Below, piece by piece: positions 1 through 11,084 of a stretch of 64,000 bases of DNA. The notes beneath the pieces were generated by a model. The model saw only the letters and a program-made list of their open reading frames with translations, did not search any database and was not told the DNA's origin. Both the position numbers and the translations under genes were made by a program. The stretch is from Azolla caroliniana. Its lineage: Eukaryota > Plantae > Polypodiophyta. The stretch covers positions 12,524,001 through 12,588,000 of the forward strand of contig JBHGNT010000013.1 of assembly GCA_043228905.1 (NCBI GenBank), in the 5' to 3' direction. Positions within the stretch are counted from its first letter, which is position 1. Each line of letters begins with the position of its first letter.

Positions 1-450
1 GGCATGGCACGGAATGGGAGACAGACACAGAGATGCAAGATGAGTTAGCAAGGCATGGCATGAGATGGAGATGGAGGTGGAGATGGACATAGACATGGAC
101 ATGGACATGGACATGGACATGGACATGGACATGGACATGGAGATAAAGCAGGGGAGGGCATGAGATGGAGATGGAGATGGATATGGAGATGGACATAGAT
201 ATAGATATAGAGATGGACATGGACATGGAGATAAAGCAGGGGAGGGCATGAGATGGAGATGGAGATGAAGCAATATGGCATGGCATTGCATGCCATGACA
301 TGGTGATGGAGATGGAGATGAAGCAGTAAGGCATGGCATGACCTGGATATGGAACTGAAGCAGAGCAAGGCATGGCATGAGATAGAGATATTGGATGATA
401 CACATGGCATGACATGAGAAAGAGATGGAGATAATGAAGCATGGCATGTC
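1..450. repeat. Degenerate 5-6-mer tandem repeat (GGACAT / GGAGAT / GGCAT)
   Basis: Runs such as (GGACAT)n at ~96-140 and (GGAGAT)n; a ~90-bp higher-order unit containing 'ggagataaagcaggggagggcatgagatggagat' occurs twice. Confidence 0.9.
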
Positions 451-522
451 ATGAGATAAATGTGATTCCTTCATCCAATGCATGTATGCATGTATGCATG
501 ATCTTCTCCGGACTAACTCGAT

Positions 523-1116
523 TCACACGTAGATGCCATAATGTTGCTCGGCCGGCCTCAAGGGGGACACCCCATCCCTTGGAATCTTGCTTTCGCCCTT
601 CACTTCAATTACTAAAAGCTTGTTCGATACACTCGTGTTTCGAGTACTAGATCCTTGTGGATTGATTAAGACATATATGATTCTCCATGCAAGGCTACTT
701 ATGTACGAGATCACCTCGCAAAAGTCTTGATCACAAGGAATGCCAAATGCTAATGAGAGAATATCAATCTTCGCCCAATTGATCACTAGGTCGTTAACAT
801 TGCTCTAAGAAAGTAATGTATCATATATAAAGGCTTCTGTTATCTCAATGAGAATAAGCCACATGTACAACAAATGTTGTTTGGATAAATCAAGAGCAAT
901 GTTGTGAAATGCCCAATAATGGTTTAATTCATCATTTTTTTCGAGCACTTCTTCAATGAATTGTTCTTGTTGCTCAATACATAGATAAGATACGATGGAT
1001 GTCCTTATTTCATGTACCATTGGGTCTTCACTTGGGTACTCCAAGAAGTAATCAAGGAGCATGCAAGATGGATATGCATGACATATCCTTTTTTGCACAA
1101 GTGAGATATGAGTCAT
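523..1116 (-). pseudogene. Degenerate ORF, possibly an OTU-like cysteine protease remnant (DNA-transposon cargo?)
   Basis: ORFs 805-1116 and 523-786 share a frame across one stop. Motifs HEIRTSIVSYL, WAKIDILSLA and terminal QHY, plus a frameshifted D-M-S-C, loosely follow OTU motif order. Confidence 0.25.
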
Positions 1117-3865
1117 GTAACATCTTAAGTAGAAAATGTGGAACCTCTAGGGTGGGTTTTGGCATTTGTCTGCTCCTAATACTTAGGTCGTGATAACACT
1201 GAATTATTAATACCTAAAGATGTAACGTCCCTGGAAAAAACGTCAATAATTGGAAAAAAGGGGAGCACTCTCCTATCCATTAGTGATGTAACTTAAAATA
1301 AACAGGGTTTTATGCAAACGCTTGATAGCTAAAGTCAAGTAGTGCAAATTCTAACCTTTCTAAAAGAGATGCTAAAGATTGGAAATAAGGAAAGAAACTA
1401 CTCTTGCTCATGTGAAGAATGATGCGACTTTAAAATAAATCGTGGGTTGTGTTAACAACACATGGTTATTGATACATATTAAGGTCAAGATGTTTTAACT
1501 TCTAACATGAACAAGACGTACACATGATTATTGATGTGAAGATCAAAATGTTTTAACTTTTAACATACATTGATGTCTCTAGTAACACTTCAATGTTAAC
1601 AACTTAACATGACGATGTAAATAGTCTTGGAAAAGTAGTCACTTACTAGATAGAGGGATCTCATATGAGTGGTGCAACTTTAAGGAACACAAAGAGCAAA
1701 TCTTTGTCACCACAAATACCCAAAGAGCATTACTATTTCATCTCCATTTGCAGTAAAAGCAATTCTCACTACACAATGCACATGCTTTACACACCGGAAT
1801 TTGGGACCATTGTCACATTTAATATGCTTGATGGATTTGGCCAATGATTCATTACCATCCATCACTTTATGTTGCATATTTAGGTTACATGTAAGCTTTT
1901 GACATCCTGTGGTTTTGGTTTAATTGGGTTGTCATGAACAAGTTGTTTTCATGTCACCGTTGTCCTATCAATATTACAAACTAGTTTTCTTCCTACTAAC
2001 AATGTGATCGACCTTTTGTGTCCGAACACAAGACACACATATAGATGGATTGAAATACTTTTAGGTTATCACTTACGAAACATAGAAATATATTAATCTA
2101 GAAACTCACAAGTCTCTATCTTGGAGTCATAACTTAGAAGTAAAGAAGATGGTAGTGGTTGTATATTTGTTGTCTTAAGGAAAAGGGTAAATAGGTACAT
2201 ATGTGAGCCGGCGCACGTACATCTTGGGACAACAAAAAGTAAATAAAGTTGTTTTGGTTGAAAGTTTACTAGATGATCCCTATTGCTCTTGTAAATAGGT
2301 ACATAAGCCACGTACACTTTGGATGTACTCACACTTCTGGACACTCACCAAGTACTACAAAAAGTAAGTAAAGTTGTTGTGGTTCAAAGTATACTAGCTA
2401 ATCACAAGTACTATTGTGAATTGTGTAAATTCTAATGCTTGAATTGTCAAGGAAATAACATTGTTAGCGTTTCGTGGTCAAGTTGAGGTCGAAATGCCCA
2501 AAAGATAATGACCTTGAGATATCACAGTAGGATCAAGAAAGTTTAATAATGATTTTACGCAAAAATTACGCACGGTTAATTCATTAGTTGGATGTATATG
2601 AAAGTGAATAAAATAATGGCACTAATGAAATAATGGCAAAAATTACGCACAGTTAATTCATTAGTAATCACTTTGCTTGCCTAGGGAAAATTACCTTGTT
2701 ACAATTTTGTACAAAAGCACAATTTTTATTTAAATTAGAACAATGATTTAAAACATTCTTAGAAAATCCAAAATTTCGTGCATTGGGAGATGTATAGCTT
2801 GAAACTAGGTGTAATATCATCAAAACAAGCAAGGTATTTGTAAGCTTTTTTATGTTTATGTCTGTCATTCATAATCCCACTAGGCATTGATGTACACATA
2901 AGTTCTTCAAACTAAATTCAGTTTTTTATATTTAGACAATTGATTTTGTTGGCTCTATTAATGTCACTATATTATAGATTTAAGAAAATCACATGTGCTC
3001 TAGTGTAGTAAACATAAGATTGTATATGTTGGGCCTATTATTTGGGTGCTTGTGTTATATTCACGATGCTGTTGCATGCACTTCTTACATCAATGGAGTT
3101 TTCTCACACTAAGGTCATCTTGGGAAATTCAAGCCAAAATCTATATCCTACTAGGGGCGATTTAGGCAAAAGATGAGTGTCAATTGTTCTTAAGCATACT
3201 ACTAAAGTGCTAGCCAATTCAAGAGAATATTCACTACTAACTCATTTTCTTCAAAAAACAACATAATTAACAAAGTGACAAATTCAATGGACTTTGAACA
3301 ATTATAAGTTATAACTGAAGGGAATTCGATCCCTATGATTCGTGAGAAAGGCCGACTAAGAGATACAATCACGTGGAAACCGGAAAACAGCAAATGCACA
3401 AAATACAAAATGCACACAGTTTTACGTGGAAAACCCTAAATTGGGAAAAACCACGAGAACAGAGATCCATTATACAAGAGAATATAGAAAACGCTTACAA
3501 CACTTCTCTGATGATCTCAACGGATAACCTACTCAGGGTTCTTGGCAAGTTTGTTAAACTCTGCCGCTGCTCTCTCTCATGCAATCTCTATCCTCTGCAA
3601 CACTCTACGCTACCACAACACTATTCTACTCTTTCTGTTTGCCCTAAGTGTATTTATACTTATATACACTGTATGGACTATTTACAAATGTAGTTCCTAC
3701 TATTATAACTCCTATTATAATAGTAATAACAGTTAAACCGTTGACTGGCCTACTAGTCGGCCTGACTAGTCGATCTTGTCTTCGACTATTATCACCTACT
3801 ATATTGTCGACTCTCCATGTCTACTCCTCCTTGTCTTCGACTGTTGGCTCTCGGTTCGATCAGTC

Positions 3866-6800
3866 TGTGCTGAATAGTGCTCGGCCACAACCGAGACTCA
3901 ATCACTCAATGGAAGAAAGCAGAAAAATAGAAATAGGACGACACAAGATGTTAACATGGAAAACCATGATCGAGAAAAGACCACGGGAGCCCACAAAATC
4001 CAAACTATCACCATGAGAGGAAGGATACAATGCGACACTCGGAGGCAACAAGCTCGAGCTCTATGTCTTCGCCAACCGGCGGTTTCAACAGAAAATACTT
4101 TCTGTTTCTCTCTAACTCTCTGTCTCTCTCTTTGTACAATAATAACAACTCATCAACAATTGATTGCCCTAAGTCATAATTATACCTATATGACTTTAGG
4201 ACTATTTACAAATGTGGCCATGATAGGCACACTAGAAACGTATTTATAGATATGTCCCTGGATCCGGTTCACACCGGATCCATCTAGTCCGGTTCCTTCC
4301 TTCGGTTCGTCTGATTCGTCTCATCCGGATCCCAACCGCAGGGACCGAATTCCGAACAAGCTCCCCCTTCACTCCGACATGGGATGTCTTGCCAATCTGA
4401 TCCGTCTCCTACACACATCCAACATGTCGGTTGACATCACCTTGGGCAGCATGTCCGACCCCTTCTCCTCTGTATGGATCTTCGTCAGCAAGAACTCTTT
4501 ATCTTCTACCTTCTCCCGGAGCAAGTGATATCTCCTCTGGATGTGCTTGGTCCGTGAGTGGTAGGTTGCATTCTTCGTGAGGTGGATGGCACTTTGACTG
4601 TCGCAGTAGAGCCGGAATTCCTCCTGCCGGATCCTTAGCTCTCCGATGAAGTCCTTCATCCAAATTACCTCCTTGACGGCTTCCATGGCTGCCATATACT
4701 CCGCTTCCGTTGTTGACTATACAACGGACTTCTGCAGCCTCAATTGCCATGATATGGCTCCCCCTACATATGTCATAATGTATCCGGATATAGACAGGCT
4801 AGTATCTACATTAGCCGACATGTCTGAATCCGTAAAGCCTTCGAGTTGGGGTTCACCTACGCCGAATCGGAGGGGCTCTTATCTCTCTGAGAGGATATCT
4901 TCTTCGTTGGTCTTCGGCCACTGGTTCCTTTGTTTGTTCTTCATCCGAATCCGATTTAGGGTCTCGTCCAGCTCTGGTGTCCAATTCTTCTTCTTTAGTC
5001 GGTTCGGTTTCTTGTCTGAATCCGGCCGGTCCTTCGAGTGTAATCTGGCTTTCGGCCAGATGGGTCCTTGTATCTTTTGATTGATCTCTATCGGTCAACC
5101 CAGAGTCCACTATCTTCTTCTCTAAATCCCAGTCGGCAATAGTCTTGTCTTCCATGAAGACTATGTCTCGACTCCAGAAGACCTTCTTATCGACCAAGTC
5201 CCACACTCGGTACCCGAACTCATCATCGCCATATCCAAGGAATATGCATGGCCAGGACTTCGGATCCAGTTTCGATCTCTTGTCCTTTGTAGCATGCACG
5301 TAAGCGAGACAACCGAACACCTTTAGATGCCGGTAAGACACGTCTTTATTGGTCCATACTCTTTGCGGTGTGTCCCTCCAAGGGTGCTGATGATGATCTG
5401 TTTATCACGTCATCAGCACCTCAACCCAAAACGACTTGGGTAACTTGGCATGTGCCAGCATACTTCGAAATCTCTCCATTACGGTTCGGTTCATCCTTTC
5501 AGCCAATCCGTTGAGCTCCAGTGTCTTCGGCACGGTGAATTCAAGCAAATTCCCTTCGATAGACAATACTCCTCGAACTGCTCCCGATATTCTCCTCTGT
5601 TGTCCGTTCAAACCGGCTTCAGCTTCCGGCCGGTTTCCCTTTCCACTCTCACGTGGTATTCCTTGAAGACGGACAACACTTGATCCTTCGTCTTCAATGG
5701 TGAGACCCACAACTTCCGGCTGTGGTCATCTATGAACATCACGAAGAACTGCGATCCAACATGTGACTTCGTGTCCACTTGGCATACATCGGTATGCACA
5801 AGTTTTAGCGGTGCATTCCGTCTTGACGGTGGTCGGGTTCGGAAGGAGGTTCGGTTTTGCTTGCCGACAAAACAATCGGTGCACTTCTCAAGCTGCACGA
5901 CTTTCACCTCCGGAATGAGGTTATCTTTGGCAAGTCTCCGCATTCCCTTCTGGCTCATGTGGCACAACCTCTTGTGCCATAACTCACCGACATTGTCGGA
6001 TGCCACGTTCACTTCTTCTTGGCAGATCCGGGCATGCATCAAGTACAATGTGTTGATCTCCAAGGCTCGGGCCACGATCAAGTTTCCTTTGCTGAACTTC
6101 ATTTCCGGATGCTACCTATGTAGCCTTCATCATCTAGTTGACCGACTGATATCAGGTTCAACCGAACCTCTGGAACATGTCGTACATCCTTCAGTAGCAA
6201 CATTCACCTGGTTGATGTCGTCAACTACACATCTCCTGTGCCGACAATTCGGCATGCACCTTCATTTCCCATCCAGACAAGATCGTGATCTCTATCTCTG
6301 TACGATACGAAGCACTTCCGGTTGGGGGTCAGATGGAATGACGCACCGGAGTCGACCACCCATGTCGTTTCGTTGTTGACAAGCTGCAACTCACTCTCCT
6401 TGGTGATTAGCAACAATTCTTCTTCACTTGTTGTGATTGCCGACGTTCCTTTCCGATCCGAACTCCTTCGGTTCAGACCCTTCTTCAAGTCGGCACTATC
6501 GGTTCCTTTCTCCTTCTAGAAGTGTCGGCAATTCTTTTGGAAGTGCCCCGACTTTTTGCAATAAAAGCAAGTGGGCCCTCCCCCTTGACTTTGACCTCGT
6601 CCCCGATTTGTCCCGGTTCTGGGGACTCCGATTCCGGCCTCTTCCCATGTTATGGTCGTATTCTGTAACCAAGGCCTTTAGATCGGCTCCGGACTCCCGG
6701 TCCTTCCGGCGAGCTTCTTCATCTAGCAAGCTTGATTTTACCCTTGCCAGGGACAACTGTTTTCCTTTTGGCCTGGCGTTGCCCAAAGTGACAACTAGTG

Positions 6801-7772
6801 TCTCCCAACTATATGGGAGGGAACCGAGCAAGAGCAATGCAAGTACCTCGTCGGCTAGAGAGTCGCTGGAAAACATTCATGTGCTTCACCATGCTGGATC
6901 TGTCTTGGTACTGGAATCTCACTAACTTCCACAATACTGGAACCCGATTTACGACGTTTTTACTCTCTAGCATGGTACCGATTTTCTCCCAGAGCACATG
7001 AGCCTTGCTTTCTTCATTGAAGTTGTTGTATAGGCTCATGTTGATGAAGCACCTGATATATGCCATTGTCTTCATATGCGTCACCTCCGATGTCGTGGCA
7101 TCGATCTTGTCTGGTTTGTTGTCCCCGAACTGTATTGGCAACAAGAGATATTTGACCACGAGCATGTCCCTCATCTTCGACTTCCACACTGGATAGTTGC
7201 ATCCAGCGAGCTTGAACATGCTTCTGAATGACTCTTCCATTTGTTGTTCGCTATGATACTAGTTTGTGTAGAATAGTGTCCGGCCACAACCGAGGCTCAA
7301 TCACTCAATGGAAGAAAGCAGAAAAATAGAAATATGACGACACTAGATGTTAACGTGGAAAACCCTGATCGGGAAAAAACCATAGGAGCCCACAGACTCC
7401 AAACAATCACTATGAGAGGAAGGATACAATGCGAGACTCAGAGGCAATGACCTCGAGTTCTATGTTTTCGCCAACCGGCGATTACAACAGAAAATACTTT
7501 TTGTTTCTTTATTACACTGTGTGTGTGTCTCGCTGTACAATCATAACAACTCATCAACAATTGATTGCCCTAAGTCCTATTTATACTTATATGACTTTAG
7601 GACTATTTACAAATATGACCATGACAGGCACACTAGATTCAACATATTTACAAATATGTCCCTGGATCCGGTTCACACCGGATCCATCTAGATACCTTCC
7701 AGATCCGTCCGGTCTGGTTCCTTCCTTTGGTTCATCTGATCTGTCTCATCCGGAGGGACCAGATTCCCAACA
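3866..7772 (-). mobile_element. Copia-1: Ty1/Copia LTR retrotransposon, degenerate, RT deleted
   Basis: LTRs 3866-4358 and 7265-7772; TSD CAGTC/CAGTT; PPT 4359-4368; degenerate Met-i PBS 7250-7261; gag, protease, GAG-pre-integrase, integrase and RNase H fragments. Confidence 0.92.
4369..7240 (-). pseudogene. Copia gag-pol remnant (Gag, PR 'WVVDSGASFH', INT 'LVHTDVC..FIDDHSR..NGLAERMNRT', RNase H 'CDSQSAIHL..HSRTKHI')
   Basis: ORF-track fragments joined through frameshifts and stops; no RT motifs between INT and RNase H. Confidence 0.9.
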
Positions 7773-7859
7773 CAGTTGACTGCTCCTTGTCTTCGATTGT
7801 CGGTTCTCAGTCCGACCAATCGGCTCCTCGGATAGGAGGGACATATTCCTAACAATAAC

Positions 7860-9380
7860 TATACAAAGAAGAGGATATCATGAAAAATGACCCCTTTGGT
7901 TAAATAATCAACCGTACTTCACTAATTACAAGAGATTGATGCAAGGCTCTTAATACTAATTGATGTGGTTGATAATGAATCTCAAAGGTTATCGGATTTT
8001 GAAGATGCCAAACGATGATTATGTATTCCCCCAAATTATGGATTTATTTGGGAGAAATTACAAGATATACCATGGTTGCATGGATCTTTGCCAATGAAAA
8101 CAAATGTTGCACTTTGGGGGGATTGACGGTTAAAGGATGATACACACTTGTTTTAGGTCATTACAAATATATTGCATCATCATGCAAGGGCATCATTACC
8201 TTGAATATCACCTAAAGTAGAAAATATGTGGAATGTATGCAAGTCAATGCAAGGTAGTGGCAAAATTTGCAACGTGGTTGTCAATTCCATTTTCCATTTC
8301 TTGTAAAGATATTCATAGAGAGTCATGTTCGGTGGGCTCCCATTAGGTTCAACCTTAGAGAGACAAGGACTAGGCTCAAGTACGTGCTTCTTTTGCACCA
8401 TTCCATTCGAGGAAAGTACATATAAGTTCATTAAATGTCTTTTATCACATATAATTTGGAAGTACTTATCGAATATTTGACAAGTTTTAACGCTGTGTGA
8501 AGATTTTCGTCCACAAGCGGAAACCCGAGCAACAAGAGCCAAAGAGCGATGTGCAACGTTGCACACGTACATAATGTATTTGTAATAGTAATAAGGGTAA
8601 AGTGTATGGTGCTAGAAATGCCCCATAAGACCCCTAAGGTATAAAGGTGATGTGGTCTTGTGTGCACATCCACGCGCGAGAGAGAGAGAGGTACTATGCG
8701 GTACATAGGTACCTAGTTGTTTGTGTGGAGGTGGGAGTTAAGGGGCCATCAATCTCACCCTCCCCAAATAATGGCAAATATCCCCTTTGAATGAAAGGGG
8801 ATATTTTAGTCTCACTTTTGTAAACGGTCTTCCCTCCTTGTGCTATAAAAGGAGAGGGAAGGCACCATTGTGGGGGTTGCCTATTTTGAGTGTGCGAGGT
8901 ATACCACATAGGTCGAGCGTTAGGGTTAGGGTTAGGGTTTCTTTATCTTTATCTTCATCTTCGTCGGTTAGGGTTTCGAGTAGTCGTTTGGTGCGGCCCA
9001 TGCGGCCACCATTTTGTAATCGTTCATTTCGTTTTAATACATCTTGTTGATCATCTTGTCTCCATCTTCCTCTTGTTTGATCTAATCTCTTGTTCATTCT
9101 TCTTCTTCTTGAGCAAAGCTTCCATTCCATGTCCGATTCCTTCTCCTCTACTCCTTAGTCCAAGACCCCCGTGGTCCCGCCCTTCTCCACGCATGCGCCT
9201 AGCAACGCGACAACGCATTCTTATTTGAGGCCTCAACAATGGGTTTTTTCTCAATATGTTCAAAATGGTCCAAATGACGGGTTCGAGACATTGTTCCAAT
9301 TTTTACGATATTGGGGAATTGTGTTGGCAATTGGAATATGCGTAATGCTTTCATGTTTAATAGTAAACATGGGGTGAAAG
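7860..9380 (+). pseudogene. Old LINE ORF2 C-terminal remnant (zf-RVT region), interrupted by solo LTR 8494-9212
   Basis: Plus-strand translation gives GLPLGSTLERQGLGSSTCFFCTIPFEES..IKCLLSHIIW (~8330-8460) and WNMRNAFMFN (~9332-9361); boundaries approximate. Confidence 0.6.
8494..9212 (+). mobile_element. Solo LTR of the TGTCG...CGACA (4-bp TSD) family
   Basis: Starts TGTGTGAAGATTTTCG, ends GCGACA; TSD ACGC at 8490-8493 and 9213-9216; 3' motif AGTCCAAGACCCCCGTGGTC shared with the 21482 element LTR. Confidence 0.85.
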
Positions 9381-11012
9381 CCTATGTAAAGAATCGAGTG
9401 CGATTCTATGCAGCGGAATAGGTTAACGATGTGTGTTATGTGTGTGTGAAAGAGGAGAGAGGAGAGACACAAGATAGATAGAAAATGAAATACTCAAGGT
9501 GTATATTAACAAGAAGTAGAGAACAGCTACACAGAGATAATGAGCACTACAAGGGAGATTAACCGACACTTACAAAATAGGAGGAGGGTGCTTTATATAA
9601 GGCCACCCTCTCACGAAATCACTCATTCACTCTCTGGAATCTTTGGGAGTGTGGAATCTCATTAACTATGTGTCATAGAGTGTAACTCCTATGCCACATG
9701 AGTTATGTTACAAGTCTCATTAATAATGTGTCATAGAATGTAACTCCTATGACACATTAGTTATATTACATAGTGGTGGTGTGTAACTCCCTAGTGTGTT
9801 TACACACTAGAATGGATTGAGTTTGATTCTCAACACACCCCTTCAAGCACAACTTTCGGCATCAATCGGCTTTCGGGTTTTAGTTGTTGGTGTCCACTTC
9901 AAGTGGTATCCGGTTCTCTTTCTGTTACTCCCCCTCAAGCTTTCATGAATTGCCGAAACTTGTCGGCTCCTAGGGCTTTCGTGAAGATTTCGACTGTTTG
10001 AAGATTCATGTTGATGTGTTGAAGGTCGACACCCCCTACAAGGACACGTTCTTTGATGACGTGGTAGTGCACCTCGATGTGCTTTTTCTGAGCATGGAAG
10101 ACTGAGTTTCGAGCAAGATGAATACTACTGAGAAGTTCGTAGTAGAGCAAGATTGGATCATTGATGGAGACGTTCAGATCCTTCAATATCCTTTTGAGCC
10201 ATACGGCTTAACAAGCAGTAATAGTCGCGCCCCTATATTCGGCTTTTGTATTGGATAAGACGATGGTTAGCCGCTTCTTGCTGCTCCATGATATGACCCG
10301 GATGCCAATCAAAAATACGAAGCCCGAAGTCGATCATCGGTTAGCTTTGTAACTGGCCCAATCGGCATCCATATACCCTTCAAGTTGAATTGGGGTGGCC
10401 AATTTATAAATAGTGTTGTAGTCCATTGTTCCACTCCCATATTGTAACAATTGCTTAGAACAATCTAAATGAATATCCCGTGGAGTTTGCACTAATTGAC
10501 TAAGGAGACCAACTAGATAGCTGAGGCCAAGTTGAGTGATTGGTAGATAAGACTTCCGACAAGTTGTTGATTGTGTGTTGGCTCACACTATGTGGTGCAG
10601 GAGTCGGCATCCAGTTTGAGGTTTTAGTTGAGAGGGTGTTGAGAGACAAGCTCAACATCGGCCGGATCGGCTGAAGAAGCCGAGGACCGGATCGGCTGGG
10701 ACCGATCGGTTAGGCCGTTAGGAAAGATATTCCGTGAGGAATATATTTGGGAGTTAGTGTAGGAGCTCTTAATGAGCATTGAAGTACTGTCAGTACTCCA
10801 GTCAGTCCTTCTAGGGCTTGTACAAAGTGTTCATTGAACACATATATGTATTGTTTTTTTTGTCTTTCATAATACACGATCCTTTTGGTGTCTTCTCTCT
10901 AACTCTCTCGGTCTGTCCCGCGTATACTGTGTAAGCTCAAGCTCTCCATTAAACCTGAGTGTTCTCCCTTCTGTTCTGTCTTTATACTCGCTTCCGCACG
11001 CTATTTTTTACA

Positions 11013-11024
11013 TGGTATCAGAGC
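11013..11024 (+). promoter_or_regulatory. Primer-binding site, initiator tRNA-Met (Copia-3)
   Basis: TGGTATCAGAGC directly after the 5' LTR. Confidence 0.93.
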
Positions 11025-11084
11025 GTGAGGGTTGAGAACCTCTCTGCAGCCGACACAGCTTGACGAAGAAGAACAAGAAGAACG

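Larger units (their letters stand above)
3316..7854 (-). mobile_element. Copia-type solo LTR (3316-3865 + 7778-7854) interrupted by Copia-1
   Basis: TG...CA ends; 5-bp TSD ATAAC at 3311-3315 and 7855-7859; shares the ACGTGGAAAACCC..GGGAAAAACCACG motif with the Copia-1 LTRs and the GGAGGGAC..AACA end with the solo LTRs at 50351 and 56345. Confidence 0.85.

Noticed and set aside
45-452. His/Cys/Pro-rich ORF
   Set aside because: Translation of hexamer tandem repeats
1221-1889. Possible solo LTR starting TGTAACGTCCC
   Set aside because: No matching end with a TSD found
8920-8940. Interstitial telomere
   Set aside because: Only three TTAGGG units, inside an LTR
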